From Deltaproteobacteria bacterium (lineage in GTDB: Bacteria; Myxococcota; Myxococcia; Myxococcales; 40CM-4-68-19), in assembly GCA_043782365.1 (NCBI GenBank), contig JAYWAO010000593.1, positions 1-48,081 of the forward strand: DNA of 48,081 bases, written 5' to 3'. Shown piece by piece: positions 1-8,501 of the stretch. The notes beneath the pieces are model-generated. The model was given only the letters and a program-made list of their open reading frames with translations. It was not told where the DNA came from and ran no database searches. The stretch's first letter is position 1. The number at the start of each line of letters is the position of its first letter. The position numbers were made by a program, and so were the translations under genes.

Positions 1-1121
1 TCGCGCAGCGGCGCGTAGTCCGCCTGCAGGGCCGCGAGCGAATCGGCCCAGTCGGAGAGGTGCGCCGAGGTGGCGGCTGCGGTCTGGAAGTTCTCCGACC
101 CGCCTCCGCGCGGCGGAGCGGCGGGCACCAGCGTGTGCGAGTTCACGCCCGGAGGCGGCGCCGAGCGGATCCAGGCGCGCATCTTCTGGCTGTCGGGGAG
201 CTTGCCGTCGAACCCGCAGACTTCCTTGGAGCAGTAGACCGAGGCGAACTTCCCGTAGTCCTGCTCGGCGAAGATCGACTCGGAGAGCTGGAACTGCTGC
301 AGGCGCGCGAGCGCGAGCACGTCCTTCGAGGACCAGTCCGGGATCTCGGCGGCGGTGACCGGGTAGGGCAGCTGCGCGTACTCACCGGGGAGCGCGAGCC
401 TGCTGCCCGAGGCGCGCAGCTCGGCGAGGTAGGCGTTGATGCCCTTCACGTAGGCGTCCACCTTGGTGGAGACGGCCTCGTTGCCGGCCTTGTGGAGGGC
501 GGCGTCGAGGGCGACCTCGAGGCGCTGGCCGTCGCGGGTGGTGAAGAGGGTGCGCAGCTGGAGGTCCTGCGAGAGGCCCAGCGGCCCGATCAGCTCGGCG
601 AGCTGGCCCTTGGCGACGCGGCGCAGGAAGTCCATCGGGAAGAGGCGGTCGTGCGCCTGCACGTAGCCCTGGACCGCGAAGCAGTCGATGGCCGCGGAGC
701 AGGCGATGTGCGGGATGTCGTAGCCGTCATAGGTGACGGTGACCGCGCCAGTGAGGCCCGGGATCTTGCCGGCCCCGAGCGTGACCGCCGAGGAGGGCGG
801 CGCGATGGTGACCGGGACGCTCACCGAGACCCCTTCGACCGAGGCGGTGATGGTAGCGGAGGTGGCGGTGCCGACCGGGCTGGGGGGCCGGTAGGTGACC
901 TGGAACCCGGAGCTGCCCGAGAGCGCTCCAGGGCCGGTCAAGGACCAGGCCGGGATGCCCTTTGTGTAGCTGACGGTGGCCTTCAGCACGACCGGACCGT
1001 TGGTGGTCACTGTCGTGGGGCTCACCGCGATCGACGGCGGGTTGTTGCTGACCGGTTTGGTGCCACAGCCTGCGAGCATCGCGCAGACAACGATTCCTAC
1101 AGCCGCTAGACTCGCGCGCAT
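1..1121 (-). CDS. Penicillin acylase/amidase (Ntn-hydrolase) family lipoprotein, N-terminal part; the 3' end lies beyond the window start
   Basis: Not in the ORF track because it is open at the window edge. My minus-strand translation from ATG 1121-1119 gives MRASLAAVGIVVCAMLAGCGTKP (lipobox LAGC), then ...VTYDGYDIPHIACSAAIDCFAVQGYVQAHDRLFPMDFLRRVAKGQLAELIG... This is the typical N-terminal signature region of the penicillin/cephalosporin acylase family. The frame stays open to base 1. Confidence 0.75.
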   Translation of the reverse strand, partial: MRASLAAVGIVVCAMLAGCGTKPVSNNPPSIAVSPTTVTTNGPVVLKATVSYTKGIPAWSLTGPGALSGSSGFQVTYRPPSPVGTATSATITASVEGVSVSVPVTIAPPSSAVTLGAGKIPGLTGAVTVTYDGYDIPHIACSAAIDCFAVQGYVQAHDRLFPMDFLRRVAKGQLAELIGPLGLSQDLQLRTLFTTRDGQRLEVALDAALHKAGNEAVSTKVDAYVKGINAYLAELRASGSRLALPGEYAQLPYPVTAAEIPDWSSKDVLALARLQQFQLSESIFAEQDYGKFASVYCSKEVCGFDGKLPDSQKMRAWIRSAPPPGVNSHTLVPAAPPRGGGSENFQTAAATSAHLSDWADSLAALQADYAPLR

Positions 1122-1256
1122 GGACCCTCCTGGTTGAAGACATGACAAACGATGGCCCGCCAGTTCGCGCGAGCGCCGGGCTGGTGTCAAATAAAAGCGG
1201 ATTGCGCAACGCGTTGACATCGAGAATTCGGTCGCGGGGTTGGATCGGGACCCAGG

Positions 1257-1273
1257 GGACAGCGGGGCTGTCC
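1257..1273 (-). terminator. Candidate hairpin about 47 nt downstream of napB (GGACAGC-GGG-GCTGTCC)
   Basis: Perfect 7-bp inverted repeat with a 3-nt loop in the napB/acylase intergenic region. No clear U-tract follows, so support is weak. Confidence 0.3.
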
Positions 1274-1319
1274 GTGCGGACTGCCCGGCGCGGCGTCGAT
1301 AAATGAAACTACCGAAGAG

Positions 1320-1820
1320 CTAGAAGCGGTTCTCCACCGGCGGCGGCACCTGCGCCTGCGGCACGTGGCAGCTGGTGCAGACCCAGCGCGCGCCGGCGAT
1401 CTCCTTGCCGACCACGCCGGGCGCGTTGCGCCAGTCGACGTGGTGGCTCGGCGGGATCGGCGTCGGGTCCTCGGGCTCCTTCATCTTCTCGACGTCGTGG
1501 CACTTGAGGCACTGGTTGCGCTGGAGGGTAATGGGCAGATATCCGGCGATGTCGTGTGGTATCCGCGGCGGCGAAGCGCCCCACGCGCGCGGGAGCCGGT
1601 CGTTGCCGCCGGGGCTCTCGTTGACGAACTTGAACGGCCGCGGCTCGGTCACCTCGAAGAGGCTGCCCTTGCTGAGGCCGAGGTCCCTGTCGCTGAGGCC
1701 GGGCACCGGCGGGGCGGCTGGCGCTGCTGGCTTCTCGGGTGGCTGCGCGAGCGGCGCGGGGCCTTGCGCGGTGGCGCACGCCGCGAGCAGGAGGAGCGCT
1801 GCCGGGAGTTGGGTTCGCAT
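1320..1820 (-). CDS. napB: Periplasmic nitrate reductase dihaem cytochrome c subunit NapB
   Basis: ORF 1320..2024 trimmed to ATG at 1820 (signal peptide MRTQLPAALLLLAACATAQG). Two CxxCH motifs (CLKCH, CTSCH). About 166 aa. Starts 8 nt after the napA stop. Confidence 0.85.
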   Translation of the reverse strand: MRTQLPAALLLLAACATAQGPAPLAQPPEKPAAPAAPPVPGLSDRDLGLSKGSLFEVTEPRPFKFVNESPGGNDRLPRAWGASPPRIPHDIAGYLPITLQRNQCLKCHDVEKMKEPEDPTPIPPSHHVDWRNAPGVVGKEIAGARWVCTSCHVPQAQVPPPVENRF

Positions 1821-1828
1821 GTCGTCCC

Positions 1829-4600
1829 TCAGGCCTTGGTGATCTTGACGGCGCACTTCTTGAAGTCGGTCTGCTTCGAGATCGGGCAGGTGGCGTCGAG
1901 CGTCACCTTGTTGATGAAGATCCCCTCGTCGAACCACGGCACGTAGACCATCCCGGCCGGCAGCTGGTAGCGGCCCTTGGTCTCCACCACCGCCTTGATC
2001 TTCCCGCGGCGCGACTCGATCCACGCGCTCTGCCCGCGCGCCAGCCCGCGCTGCTCGGCGTCGCGCGGGTGCATATAAAGGAGCGCCGCGGGCATCGCCT
2101 GGAACAGCTCGGGCACGCGCCGGGTCATGGTGCCGGAGTGCCAGTGCTCCAGCACGCGGCCCGTCGAGAGCCAGAGGTCGTACTGCGCGTCGGGCGACTC
2201 GGGCGGCGCCGCGTAGGGCCGGAAGAAGATCTTCGCCTTGCCCGCGAGCGAGACCAGCTTTTGGTCGGTGACGCCGCGCGCGTCGCCCGAGGGGAGCTCC
2301 TTCATCGCCGCGCCGTAGAAGTCGATCTTCGCCCCCTTCTTCACATAGGGGTCATAGTCACCATTGAACCGCCACGGCGTCTCCTTGCCGTCGACCACGG
2401 GCCAGCGCAGACCGCGCACGTCGTCGTCGAAGTAGCGGTCGAACGGCGCCAGATCGTGCCCGTGCCCGCGGCCGAAGCCCGCGTACTCCTCGAAGAGCGC
2501 CTTCTCGGGGAACCAGTCGCCGCCCAGCAGCGCCGCGGTCTGGTTCGGGTGGCCCTTGGCGACCGGATCGGGCCACTTGAACTTGCGGGAGGCCTCGTTG
2601 TCGAAGAGCACCTGATACAGCGTTGTATCGGGCCCATATCCCAGCTCCGCGGCCTCGGAGAGCACGCTGGGGAGCTTGCCGGCCTCGACCCCGGCCTCGG
2701 GATTGGCGGCGAGCCCGGGCAGCTTCTGCTCGCCCCACACCTCGGAGACCTTGAGGCGCTTGGAGAGCTCGAGGATCTGCCAGACGTCGCTGCGCGCTTC
2801 GCCCGGCGGCGCCACTTGCTGCCGCCACAGCTGCGTGCGCCGCTCCGAGTTCCCGTAGGCGCCCCACTTCTCGAAGATCATCGCCGAGGGCAGGATCAGA
2901 TCGGCCACCTTGGCGCTGGTCCCGGGATAGCAGTCGGAGACCACCAGGAACGCCCCCTTCTGCCGCGCCGCCGCGATCCAATGGTTGGCATTGGCCGTCG
3001 ATTGGAACGGATTGGTCACCTGCACCCAGACCCACTTGACGCGGCCGTCCTCCAGGTCGCGCATCATCTGCGTCAGGTGGCTGCCCGGCTTGGGGTTGAG
3101 CGTGCGCGGGGGCAGCTTCCAGAGGTGCTCGGCCTTCTCGCGGTGCTTGGGATTGGTCACCACCATATCGGCTGGCAGCCGGTGCGAGAAGGTGCCCACC
3201 TCGCGCGCGGTGCCGCACGCCGAGGGCTGGCCCGTCAGCGAGAAGGCGCCGCTGCCCGGGACCGCCTGCTTGCCGGTCAATAGGTGGGCCATATACGCCT
3301 GCTCGTTCACCCAGGTGCCGCGCGTGTGCTGGTTGAAGCCCATCGTCCAATAGGAGACCACCTTGCGCTTCGGATCGGCGTACTGGTCGGCGAGCAGCAC
3401 CAGCTTGGCCTTGAAGCGCTCGAGCGGCTCGTCGGGGTCGCCCTTGGCGAGCTGCGCGACATAATCGAGCGTATAAGGCTCCACCGCCTTCTTGAACTCC
3501 TCGAATGTAATCAGCCAATGCTTGTCCGGCGTGGCGGCGTTCTTCTGCTCCACCTCCCGCGGCGCGGCGGCAGCGAGCCCCTGCCCGGCGGCCTCATCGG
3601 CGCTGAGCGTGACCTTCCGCTCGCGCAGCCGGGTGTCGAGCTCGGCCGGGAGCGCGGCCTTGTCGTCGCCGCGCATGCCATAGCCGATGTCGGTGGGCCC
3701 GGCGGCGAAGACGCAGTGCTCCTCGACGAACTTCGTGTTGACCGCCTTGCGGGCGATGATCTCCCGGGCGAGGTAGTTCCAGAGCGCAAGATCGGTGTTG
3801 GGCTTGAAGATGAGCTCGACGTCGGCGAGCGCCGAGGTGGGCGTCCCAAACGTCGTCAGGTTGATGATGCGGGCGTTCGGGTCCTTCTGCCGCTTGTCGG
3901 CGATGCGGGCCCAGAGCATCGGGTGCATCTCGGCCATGTTCGCGCCCCAGGGCACGATGGTGTCGGTGCGCTCGATGTCGTCGTAGCAGCCCGACGGCTC
4001 GTCGATCCCGAAGGTCTGCATGAACGCCGTCACCGCCGAGGCCATGCAGTGGCGCGCGTTCGGGTCGATGTTGTTGCTGCGCAGGCCCGCCTTGACGAGC
4101 TTCACCGCCGCATAGCCCTCCTGCACCGTGTATTGCCCCGAGCCCATCACCGCGAGGCCGCTCGGCCCCAACTCCGCGTGGACCCGCTTGAGCTGCGCGG
4201 CCATCTCGTCGAGCGCCCGCTCCCAGCTCACCGGGAAGAAGTCGCCGTCTTTATCGAACTGCCCGTTCTTCATCCGCAAGAGCGGCTGCGTCAATCGATC
4301 GGCGCCATAGAGGATGCGCGCGTTGGCATATCCCTTCACGCAGAGCAGGCCGCGGTTCACCGGCGCGTCGGGGTCGCCCTTGACGGCCACCACCTTGTCG
4401 CCCTTGGTGCCGACGAGCAGGCCGCAGCCCACCCCGCAGAAGCGGCACGGGGTGCGGTCCCAGGAGATCGACTTGTCGAGGTCGGTTGGGGTGGCGAGCG
4501 AGGGCGCGCCGTCCGCGGCCTCCGAGCGGCGCGAGATGCCCACCGCAGCGGCGGTGGCGGCGGCGATGGCGTTCCTGATCAGCTCACGGCGGGTGGTCAT
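1829..4600 (-). CDS. napA: Periplasmic nitrate reductase catalytic subunit NapA (Mo-bisMGD, 4Fe-4S)
   Basis: ORF 1829..4690 trimmed to ATG 4600. Twin-arginine signal [21 protein letters not shown]-terminal cluster motif CRFCGVGCG, and NapA-type sequence throughout. At 923 aa it is the long NapA form. Confidence 0.95.
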   Translation of the reverse strand: MTTRRELIRNAIAAATAAAVGISRRSEAADGAPSLATPTDLDKSISWDRTPCRFCGVGCGLLVGTKGDKVVAVKGDPDAPVNRGLLCVKGYANARILYGADRLTQPLLRMKNGQFDKDGDFFPVSWERALDEMAAQLKRVHAELGPSGLAVMGSGQYTVQEGYAAVKLVKAGLRSNNIDPNARHCMASAVTAFMQTFGIDEPSGCYDDIERTDTIVPWGANMAEMHPMLWARIADKRQKDPNARIINLTTFGTPTSALADVELIFKPNTDLALWNYLAREIIARKAVNTKFVEEHCVFAAGPTDIGYGMRGDDKAALPAELDTRLRERKVTLSADEAAGQGLAAAAPREVEQKNAATPDKHWLITFEEFKKAVEPYTLDYVAQLAKGDPDEPLERFKAKLVLLADQYADPKRKVVSYWTMGFNQHTRGTWVNEQAYMAHLLTGKQAVPGSGAFSLTGQPSACGTAREVGTFSHRLPADMVVTNPKHREKAEHLWKLPPRTLNPKPGSHLTQMMRDLEDGRVKWVWVQVTNPFQSTANANHWIAAARQKGAFLVVSDCYPGTSAKVADLILPSAMIFEKWGAYGNSERRTQLWRQQVAPPGEARSDVWQILELSKRLKVSEVWGEQKLPGLAANPEAGVEAGKLPSVLSEAAELGYGPDTTLYQVLFDNEASRKFKWPDPVAKGHPNQTAALLGGDWFPEKALFEEYAGFGRGHGHDLAPFDRYFDDDVRGLRWPVVDGKETPWRFNGDYDPYVKKGAKIDFYGAAMKELPSGDARGVTDQKLVSLAGKAKIFFRPYAAPPESPDAQYDLWLSTGRVLEHWHSGTMTRRVPELFQAMPAALLYMHPRDAEQRGLARGQSAWIESRRGKIKAVVETKGRYQLPAGMVYVPWFDEGIFINKVTLDATCPISKQTDFKKCAVKITKA

Positions 4601-4878
4601 CGGGAGGCCCTCCCCAGCTGGACGGGCGCCGGCAGCTCGCCGTCGCCCGCTTCGAAGTAGTGGTGGACGAGCGCTGCGTGCAGCACCCACGGGAGCGCCT
4701 GGATGCGGCGCAGGCCCTCTTCCTGCTCCTCGGTGGTGTCGGTCTCTTGGGTGACCACCAGCCGGTGCTGCTCCGGGTCGAGGTGGTGCACCTGCACGCC
4801 CGGCAAGGCCGAGAGCGCCGCCAGACCCTCAGGAAAGTCCCGCTGCGAGAGCCCCACCAAGATGCCGGAGATGTTCAT
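4597..4878 (-). CDS. napD: NapD chaperone for NapA maturation/Tat export
   Basis: Last 93 codons of ORF 4597..6162 ([19 protein letters not shown]...). Small NapD-like protein. ATGA overlaps with both the nnrS stop (4875-4878) and the napA start (4597-4600). Confidence 0.8.
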   Translation of the reverse strand: MNISGILVGLSQRDFPEGLAALSALPGVQVHHLDPEQHRLVVTQETDTTEEQEEGLRRIQALPWVLHAALVHHYFEAGDGELPAPVQLGRASR

Positions 4879-6137
4879 GGCGCGGTACCTTGGCGCTTCT
4901 GCGGCAGGAGCGCCAGCGTCGCCCAGGCGAGCGTCGCCGCGAGGAACCCGGCGGCCGCCAGCGCGAACCAGAGCTGCGACGGCGCCACGTCGAGGACCGC
5001 CCGCGCGCCGAGCGCCAGGAAGAGCAGCGCGGCGACCGCGACATGTTGCCACGGGCTGGTGGAGAGCAGCGAAGGCCGCCCGCCGTGCGAGAGCGAGATG
5101 TGCGCGCCCACCGAGAGCACGAGCAGCGCGAAGCAGCCGATGAACGTGACGTGCAGGCCGAGCAGGCGCAGGCCCGGCGCGGCGGCGACGATGAGGCTCC
5201 CGGCGGGCAGGAGCCACGCCGCCACCCAGACGAGCCAGCGGTGCAGCCCGGGCATCGAGGGCCGCCGCCAGAGCTGCATGGTGCCCGCCACCACCCAGAG
5301 CGCCAAGAGGCCGCGCAGCGCGAAGCCCAGCCGGAGATCGAAGAGCGGTTCGATGAAGGCGGCGGCGGTCCAGAGCGCGCAGCCGACGGCGTGGCGCAGG
5401 AGCGCGCTGCGGTAGGGGGCTCCGGCGGCGACGCGCGACGGATCGGTCCCGCGGGTGATGGCGGGCACCAGGAACGCGCCCGTGCCGAGCACCATCCCGG
5501 TGAAGACTCCCTGCAGGACCAGCGTGCGGCCCACCTCGAAGAGCAAGCCCAGCCGCGCGGGCAGCCACGGCCCGGCGGCGATGAAGAGCGAGCCCAGGAC
5601 GCCCCAGGCGAGGCCCATCGCCACCCAGAGGAAGGCGGGCGGGAGCTGGTTCTTGGCCCGGGCGGTGCGCGCGCGCTGCAAGGCGAAGCGGGCGAGCGTG
5701 CCGAGGGTGACGAGCCAGCAGACCTGCGCGAGGAGCCAGGCGCCCGCCAGCGCGCAGACCGCCAGCAGCGCCGGGCCAGCGAGGCAGACGACCAGCTCCC
5801 AGGTCGCGGGCGGCGCGGTGCCCGTGCGGCGGGGCAAGAAGGTGAAGAGGAACCCGAGCGCGAAGCAGATGAGAAACCCCTGCACCTGCACCAGGGAGTG
5901 GTAGGCGGGCAGGTACGCCGCTCCCACGCCGATCCCCACCAGCAGCCAGGGCAGCACGCCGGCCCACGCGAGGACGAGGCCGAGAGGGAAGAAGAGCTTC
6001 CAGGGGTCCTTCTTCCAGGCGGCGGCGACGGCGAGCTCGGGAGAGGCGGCGAGCAGCTTCAGCGGCGGCTCGGGCTTGCGCAGCGGCGCCGGGGCGGGCA
6101 CGGGCGGGTGAGGGACGACGGGCAAGGTCGGGTCCAT
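4875..6137 (-). CDS. nnrS: NnrS-family haem/copper membrane protein (NO-stress associated)
   Basis: ORF 4875..6326 trimmed to MDPTLPVV (ATG 6137). About 420 aa and polytopic (about 12 hydrophobic helices), with NnrS-like layout and conserved His positions. First gene of the nap operon. Confidence 0.75.
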   Translation of the reverse strand: MDPTLPVVPHPPVPAPAPLRKPEPPLKLLAASPELAVAAAWKKDPWKLFFPLGLVLAWAGVLPWLLVGIGVGAAYLPAYHSLVQVQGFLICFALGFLFTFLPRRTGTAPPATWELVVCLAGPALLAVCALAGAWLLAQVCWLVTLGTLARFALQRARTARAKNQLPPAFLWVAMGLAWGVLGSLFIAAGPWLPARLGLLFEVGRTLVLQGVFTGMVLGTGAFLVPAITRGTDPSRVAAGAPYRSALLRHAVGCALWTAAAFIEPLFDLRLGFALRGLLALWVVAGTMQLWRRPSMPGLHRWLVWVAAWLLPAGSLIVAAAPGLRLLGLHVTFIGCFALLVLSVGAHISLSHGGRPSLLSTSPWQHVAVAALLFLALGARAVLDVAPSQLWFALAAAGFLAATLAWATLALLPQKRQGTAP

Positions 6138-6173
6138 GCTGCATGGGCTCTGCAAGGGGCACGCCCGCTGCGG

Positions 6174-6187
6174 CTGATACTCATGAC
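6174..6187. promoter_or_regulatory. Candidate Crp/Fnr-type site (cTGAT-ACTC-ATGAc) that also contains a perfect NarL-type heptamer TACTCAT
   Basis: Lies in the 227-bp divergent nnrS/hybE intergenic region. Matches 7 of the 8 core positions of TGAT-N4-ATCA. TACTCAT fits TACYYMT. The centre is only about 43 nt from the nnrS ATG. Confidence 0.25.
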
Positions 6188-6364
6188 TGCCCGCGCACGC
6201 GCGCTCCGCCCCGGTGAGCGGTCGGCGCGTCTCGGCTGTTCCTTTTTGGAGCAGAGGCCGATGCCGGCCAACTGCCGCCCGAACCGGCACCCGAACCACG
6301 AGCACGTGGGCATGAACCGTGCACAAGCGAAGCGCCCGTCGTCTGCACGCCTGGAGCGCAGCCC

Positions 6365-6859
6365 ATGTCCACCAGCGAGTCGAGCGAGCAGGGTGAAGCG
6401 TCGGGTCCGCCGTCCGTCGAGGCGCTGCTCGCTGCTTATCGCCGGGTCGACGAGACCATGCGCGCGCTGCCCGTCTACAACGCCGCCCTGCAGGTCGCGG
6501 CGGCCGGCTTCCGGCCGTTCGAGGGTGGGCTCATCGGCGTGATCGTCACGCCCTGGTTCATGAACCTCGTCCGCGTGCCCGCGCGCGGCGCCGAGGTGGA
6601 AGCGGGCGTGACGCGCGAGTCGGCGCTGCCCGCGCACCGCGTCGATCTGGTCGGCGCGCGCCTCGACGGCGCGCCCCCGTTCGAGTTCCGCCCGATCGTC
6701 TCACCGATGGACGACTTTCCTTCCCAGGCACAAGTATTACTCACCGCCGGCGAGGTGATGGACGCGCTCTTCACGCCCCGCGAGGTCACTGCCGGGGTCC
6801 AGGAACCGCTCGCGCGGGTGACGGGCCGGCGCGGTCTCTTCAACGCCTTGCGCAAGTGA
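6365..6859 (+). CDS. hybE: [NiFe]-hydrogenase assembly chaperone, HybE/HupJ-like
   Basis: 164 aa. Core ...GGLIGVIVTPWFMNLVRVP... is typical of the HybE family. Sits immediately upstream of hupK and the hyp genes. Confidence 0.7.
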   Translation: MSTSESSEQGEASGPPSVEALLAAYRRVDETMRALPVYNAALQVAAAGFRPFEGGLIGVIVTPWFMNLVRVPARGAEVEAGVTRESALPAHRVDLVGARLDGAPPFEFRPIVSPMDDFPSQAQVLLTAGEVMDALFTPREVTAGVQEPLARVTGRRGLFNALRK

Positions 6860-6872
6860 GGGAGCGGAGCAG

Positions 6873-8027
6873 ATGAGCGCGCCCGGCGCCGACCTCCTGG
6901 TCGAGCTGCACTTGCTGGCAGGACGGGTCGCCAGCGTCAAGCTGCTCTCCCGCCGCCCGACCGAGGCATCGCGCGTCCTCGAAGGAAAGCCCGTGGAGCG
7001 CGCGCTGGCTGCGGCCCCGCTGCTCTGGAGCATCTGCTCGACCGCCCACTCGGTGGCGGCGCTCGCGGCGGTGGAGGCGGCGCTGGGCATCGCCGTGCCC
7101 GCCCAACAGCGGCGCGCGCGCGAGGTGCTGGCGCTGGCCGAGGCGATCGACAACCACGCGTGGCAGCTGTGTCTGGAGTGGCCGCGGCTCGCGGCGCTGC
7201 CGACCGAGCCCGCGGCGCTCAAGGCGGTGCGGGCGGTGACCTCGGGGCTCCAGGCGGCGCTCTTCGGGGAGACTCCCTGGCGGGTGCCGGGCGGTGTGGA
7301 GCTGAAGCCCGAGGCCGGCGCCGTGCTGGAGGCAGCGGACGCGCTGGAGGTGAAGTTGGGCGCGCTCGCGGGCGCGCCGCTCCCCGACTCCCTGGAGCTG
7401 CTGCGCGGCGCGGCGCTGGCGCCGGACACTCCGGTGATGGCGCTGCTCGCCCGCGCTCTCGAGAAGAGTCATACACCTGAGGCCGCCGCCCCCTCGCAGC
7501 TGCTCCCCGCGCTCGCGCCGGCCTGGTTCCTCGCCCGCCGGGACGAGCCGCTGCTCTCCCGTTCGCCGCTCTTCCTGGGAGCCCCAGCCGAGACGGGCGC
7601 GCTCTCCCGGCAGCAGCACCACCCGCTGGTAGCCGAGGCGCTGCGGACCCGGGGTCCGGGAACGCTCGCCCGCCTGCTCGCGAGGCTCGTCGAGGTCGCC
7701 GGGCTGCCCGCGCAGCTCCGGTCGCTGGCGAGGGACCTCGTGCCTGCGGAGCCCGCCACTCGCGGCCCTGCGCACGCGGCGAGCGGCGCCGGCGCCGGAG
7801 TGGTCGAGACGAGCCGCGGCCTGCTCGCGCACGTGGTGACGCTCGAGCACGGAGTGGTGACGCGGTGGCGCACGGTCGCGCCCACCGAGTGGAACTTCCA
7901 CCCGGAGGGACCCCTCGCCAGCGCCCTGCGCGGCCTGCCTGCGGAGGGCCTCGCCGAGCGGGCGGCGCTGGCGGTGACGGCGCTCGACCCATGCGTCGGC
8001 CATGAAGTCCGCCTCGTCGGCCGATGA
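6873..8027 (+). CDS. hupK: HupK/HoxV-type hydrogenase large-subunit-like scaffold protein
   Basis: 384 aa. Resembles the large subunit but has a degenerate N-terminal metal motif (LWSICSTAHS). Retains VETSRGLLAHV, APTEWNFHPEGP and C-terminal DPCVGHE. RBS GGGAGCGGAG lies upstream. Confidence 0.75.
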   Translation: MSAPGADLLVELHLLAGRVASVKLLSRRPTEASRVLEGKPVERALAAAPLLWSICSTAHSVAALAAVEAALGIAVPAQQRRAREVLALAEAIDNHAWQLCLEWPRLAALPTEPAALKAVRAVTSGLQAALFGETPWRVPGGVELKPEAGAVLEAADALEVKLGALAGAPLPDSLELLRGAALAPDTPVMALLARALEKSHTPEAAAPSQLLPALAPAWFLARRDEPLLSRSPLFLGAPAETGALSRQQHHPLVAEALRTRGPGTLARLLARLVEVAGLPAQLRSLARDLVPAEPATRGPAHAASGAGAGVVETSRGLLAHVVTLEHGVVTRWRTVAPTEWNFHPEGPLASALRGLPAEGLAERAALAVTALDPCVGHEVRLVGR

Positions 8028-8144
8028 CAATCGCGCCCCTAGCCCTGCGCAAGATTGGCGCACTCCGAATGCCGCCCCGCAGTTCTTGCGCGCCTCGATT
8101 CACCCAGAGCGCCGTAGAGCCACGCCCCTAGAGCCGCGCTGCCT

Positions 8145-8160
8145 TGGCGAGCTTCCTGCA
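8145..8160 (+). promoter_or_regulatory. Candidate sigma54 (-24/-12) promoter TGGCGA-GCTTC-CTGCA upstream of hypC
   Basis: The GG to GC spacing is the canonical 12 nt. Located about 48 nt upstream of the hypC ATG in the 180-bp hupK-hypC gap. Confidence 0.35.
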
Positions 8161-8207
8161 CGACCCTTGGCTCGCTGCGAGAAGCGCTGCGTCCGAAGGA
8201 GGGGCCC

Positions 8208-8501
8208 ATGTGCTTGGGAGTCCCCGGCAAGGTGCTGGAGGTCGACGGCCTGTCCGCCACGGTCGACTTCTTCGGCGTGCGCAAGGTCGTGCGCCTCGAC
8301 GTCTGCGATGAGCCCGTCAAGCCCGGCGACTACGTGCTCAACCACGTGGGCTTCGCGATCCACCGCATCCCCGACACCGAGATCGCGGCGACGCTCCAGC
8401 TCTTCGACCAGATCCTCGCTGACGCCGGGCCGCAGGATCTGATGGCCGCCGACGTGCGCGGCGAGATCCAGGCGGGCGAGGCGGCCAATGTCCGCTCCTG
8501 A
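8208..8501 (+). CDS. hypC: Hydrogenase maturation chaperone HypC
   Basis: Starts MCLGVPGKVLEV, the invariant N-terminal Cys motif. RBS AAGGAGGGG. 97 aa. Confidence 0.9.
   Translation: MCLGVPGKVLEVDGLSATVDFFGVRKVVRLDVCDEPVKPGDYVLNHVGFAIHRIPDTEIAATLQLFDQILADAGPQDLMAADVRGEIQAGEAANVRS

Noticed and set aside
60-1109. 349-aa plus-strand ORF at the window start, and the minus-strand ORF 727..1209
   Set aside because: The real gene is the open-ended minus-strand penicillin-acylase-family frame, which has clear family motifs and a lipobox. The listed ORFs are shadows of it.
4879-6162. Upstream 428 aa of ORF 4597..6162 (521 aa)
   Set aside because: Only the last 93 codons look like a protein (NapD). 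The rest overlaps nnrS in a different frame and is Arg/Ala/Pro-rich.
8056-8072. Second sigma54-like element TGGCGC...TGC in the hupK-hypC gap
   Set aside because: The GG to GC spacing is 14 nt rather than 12, which does not fit a -24/-12 promoter.
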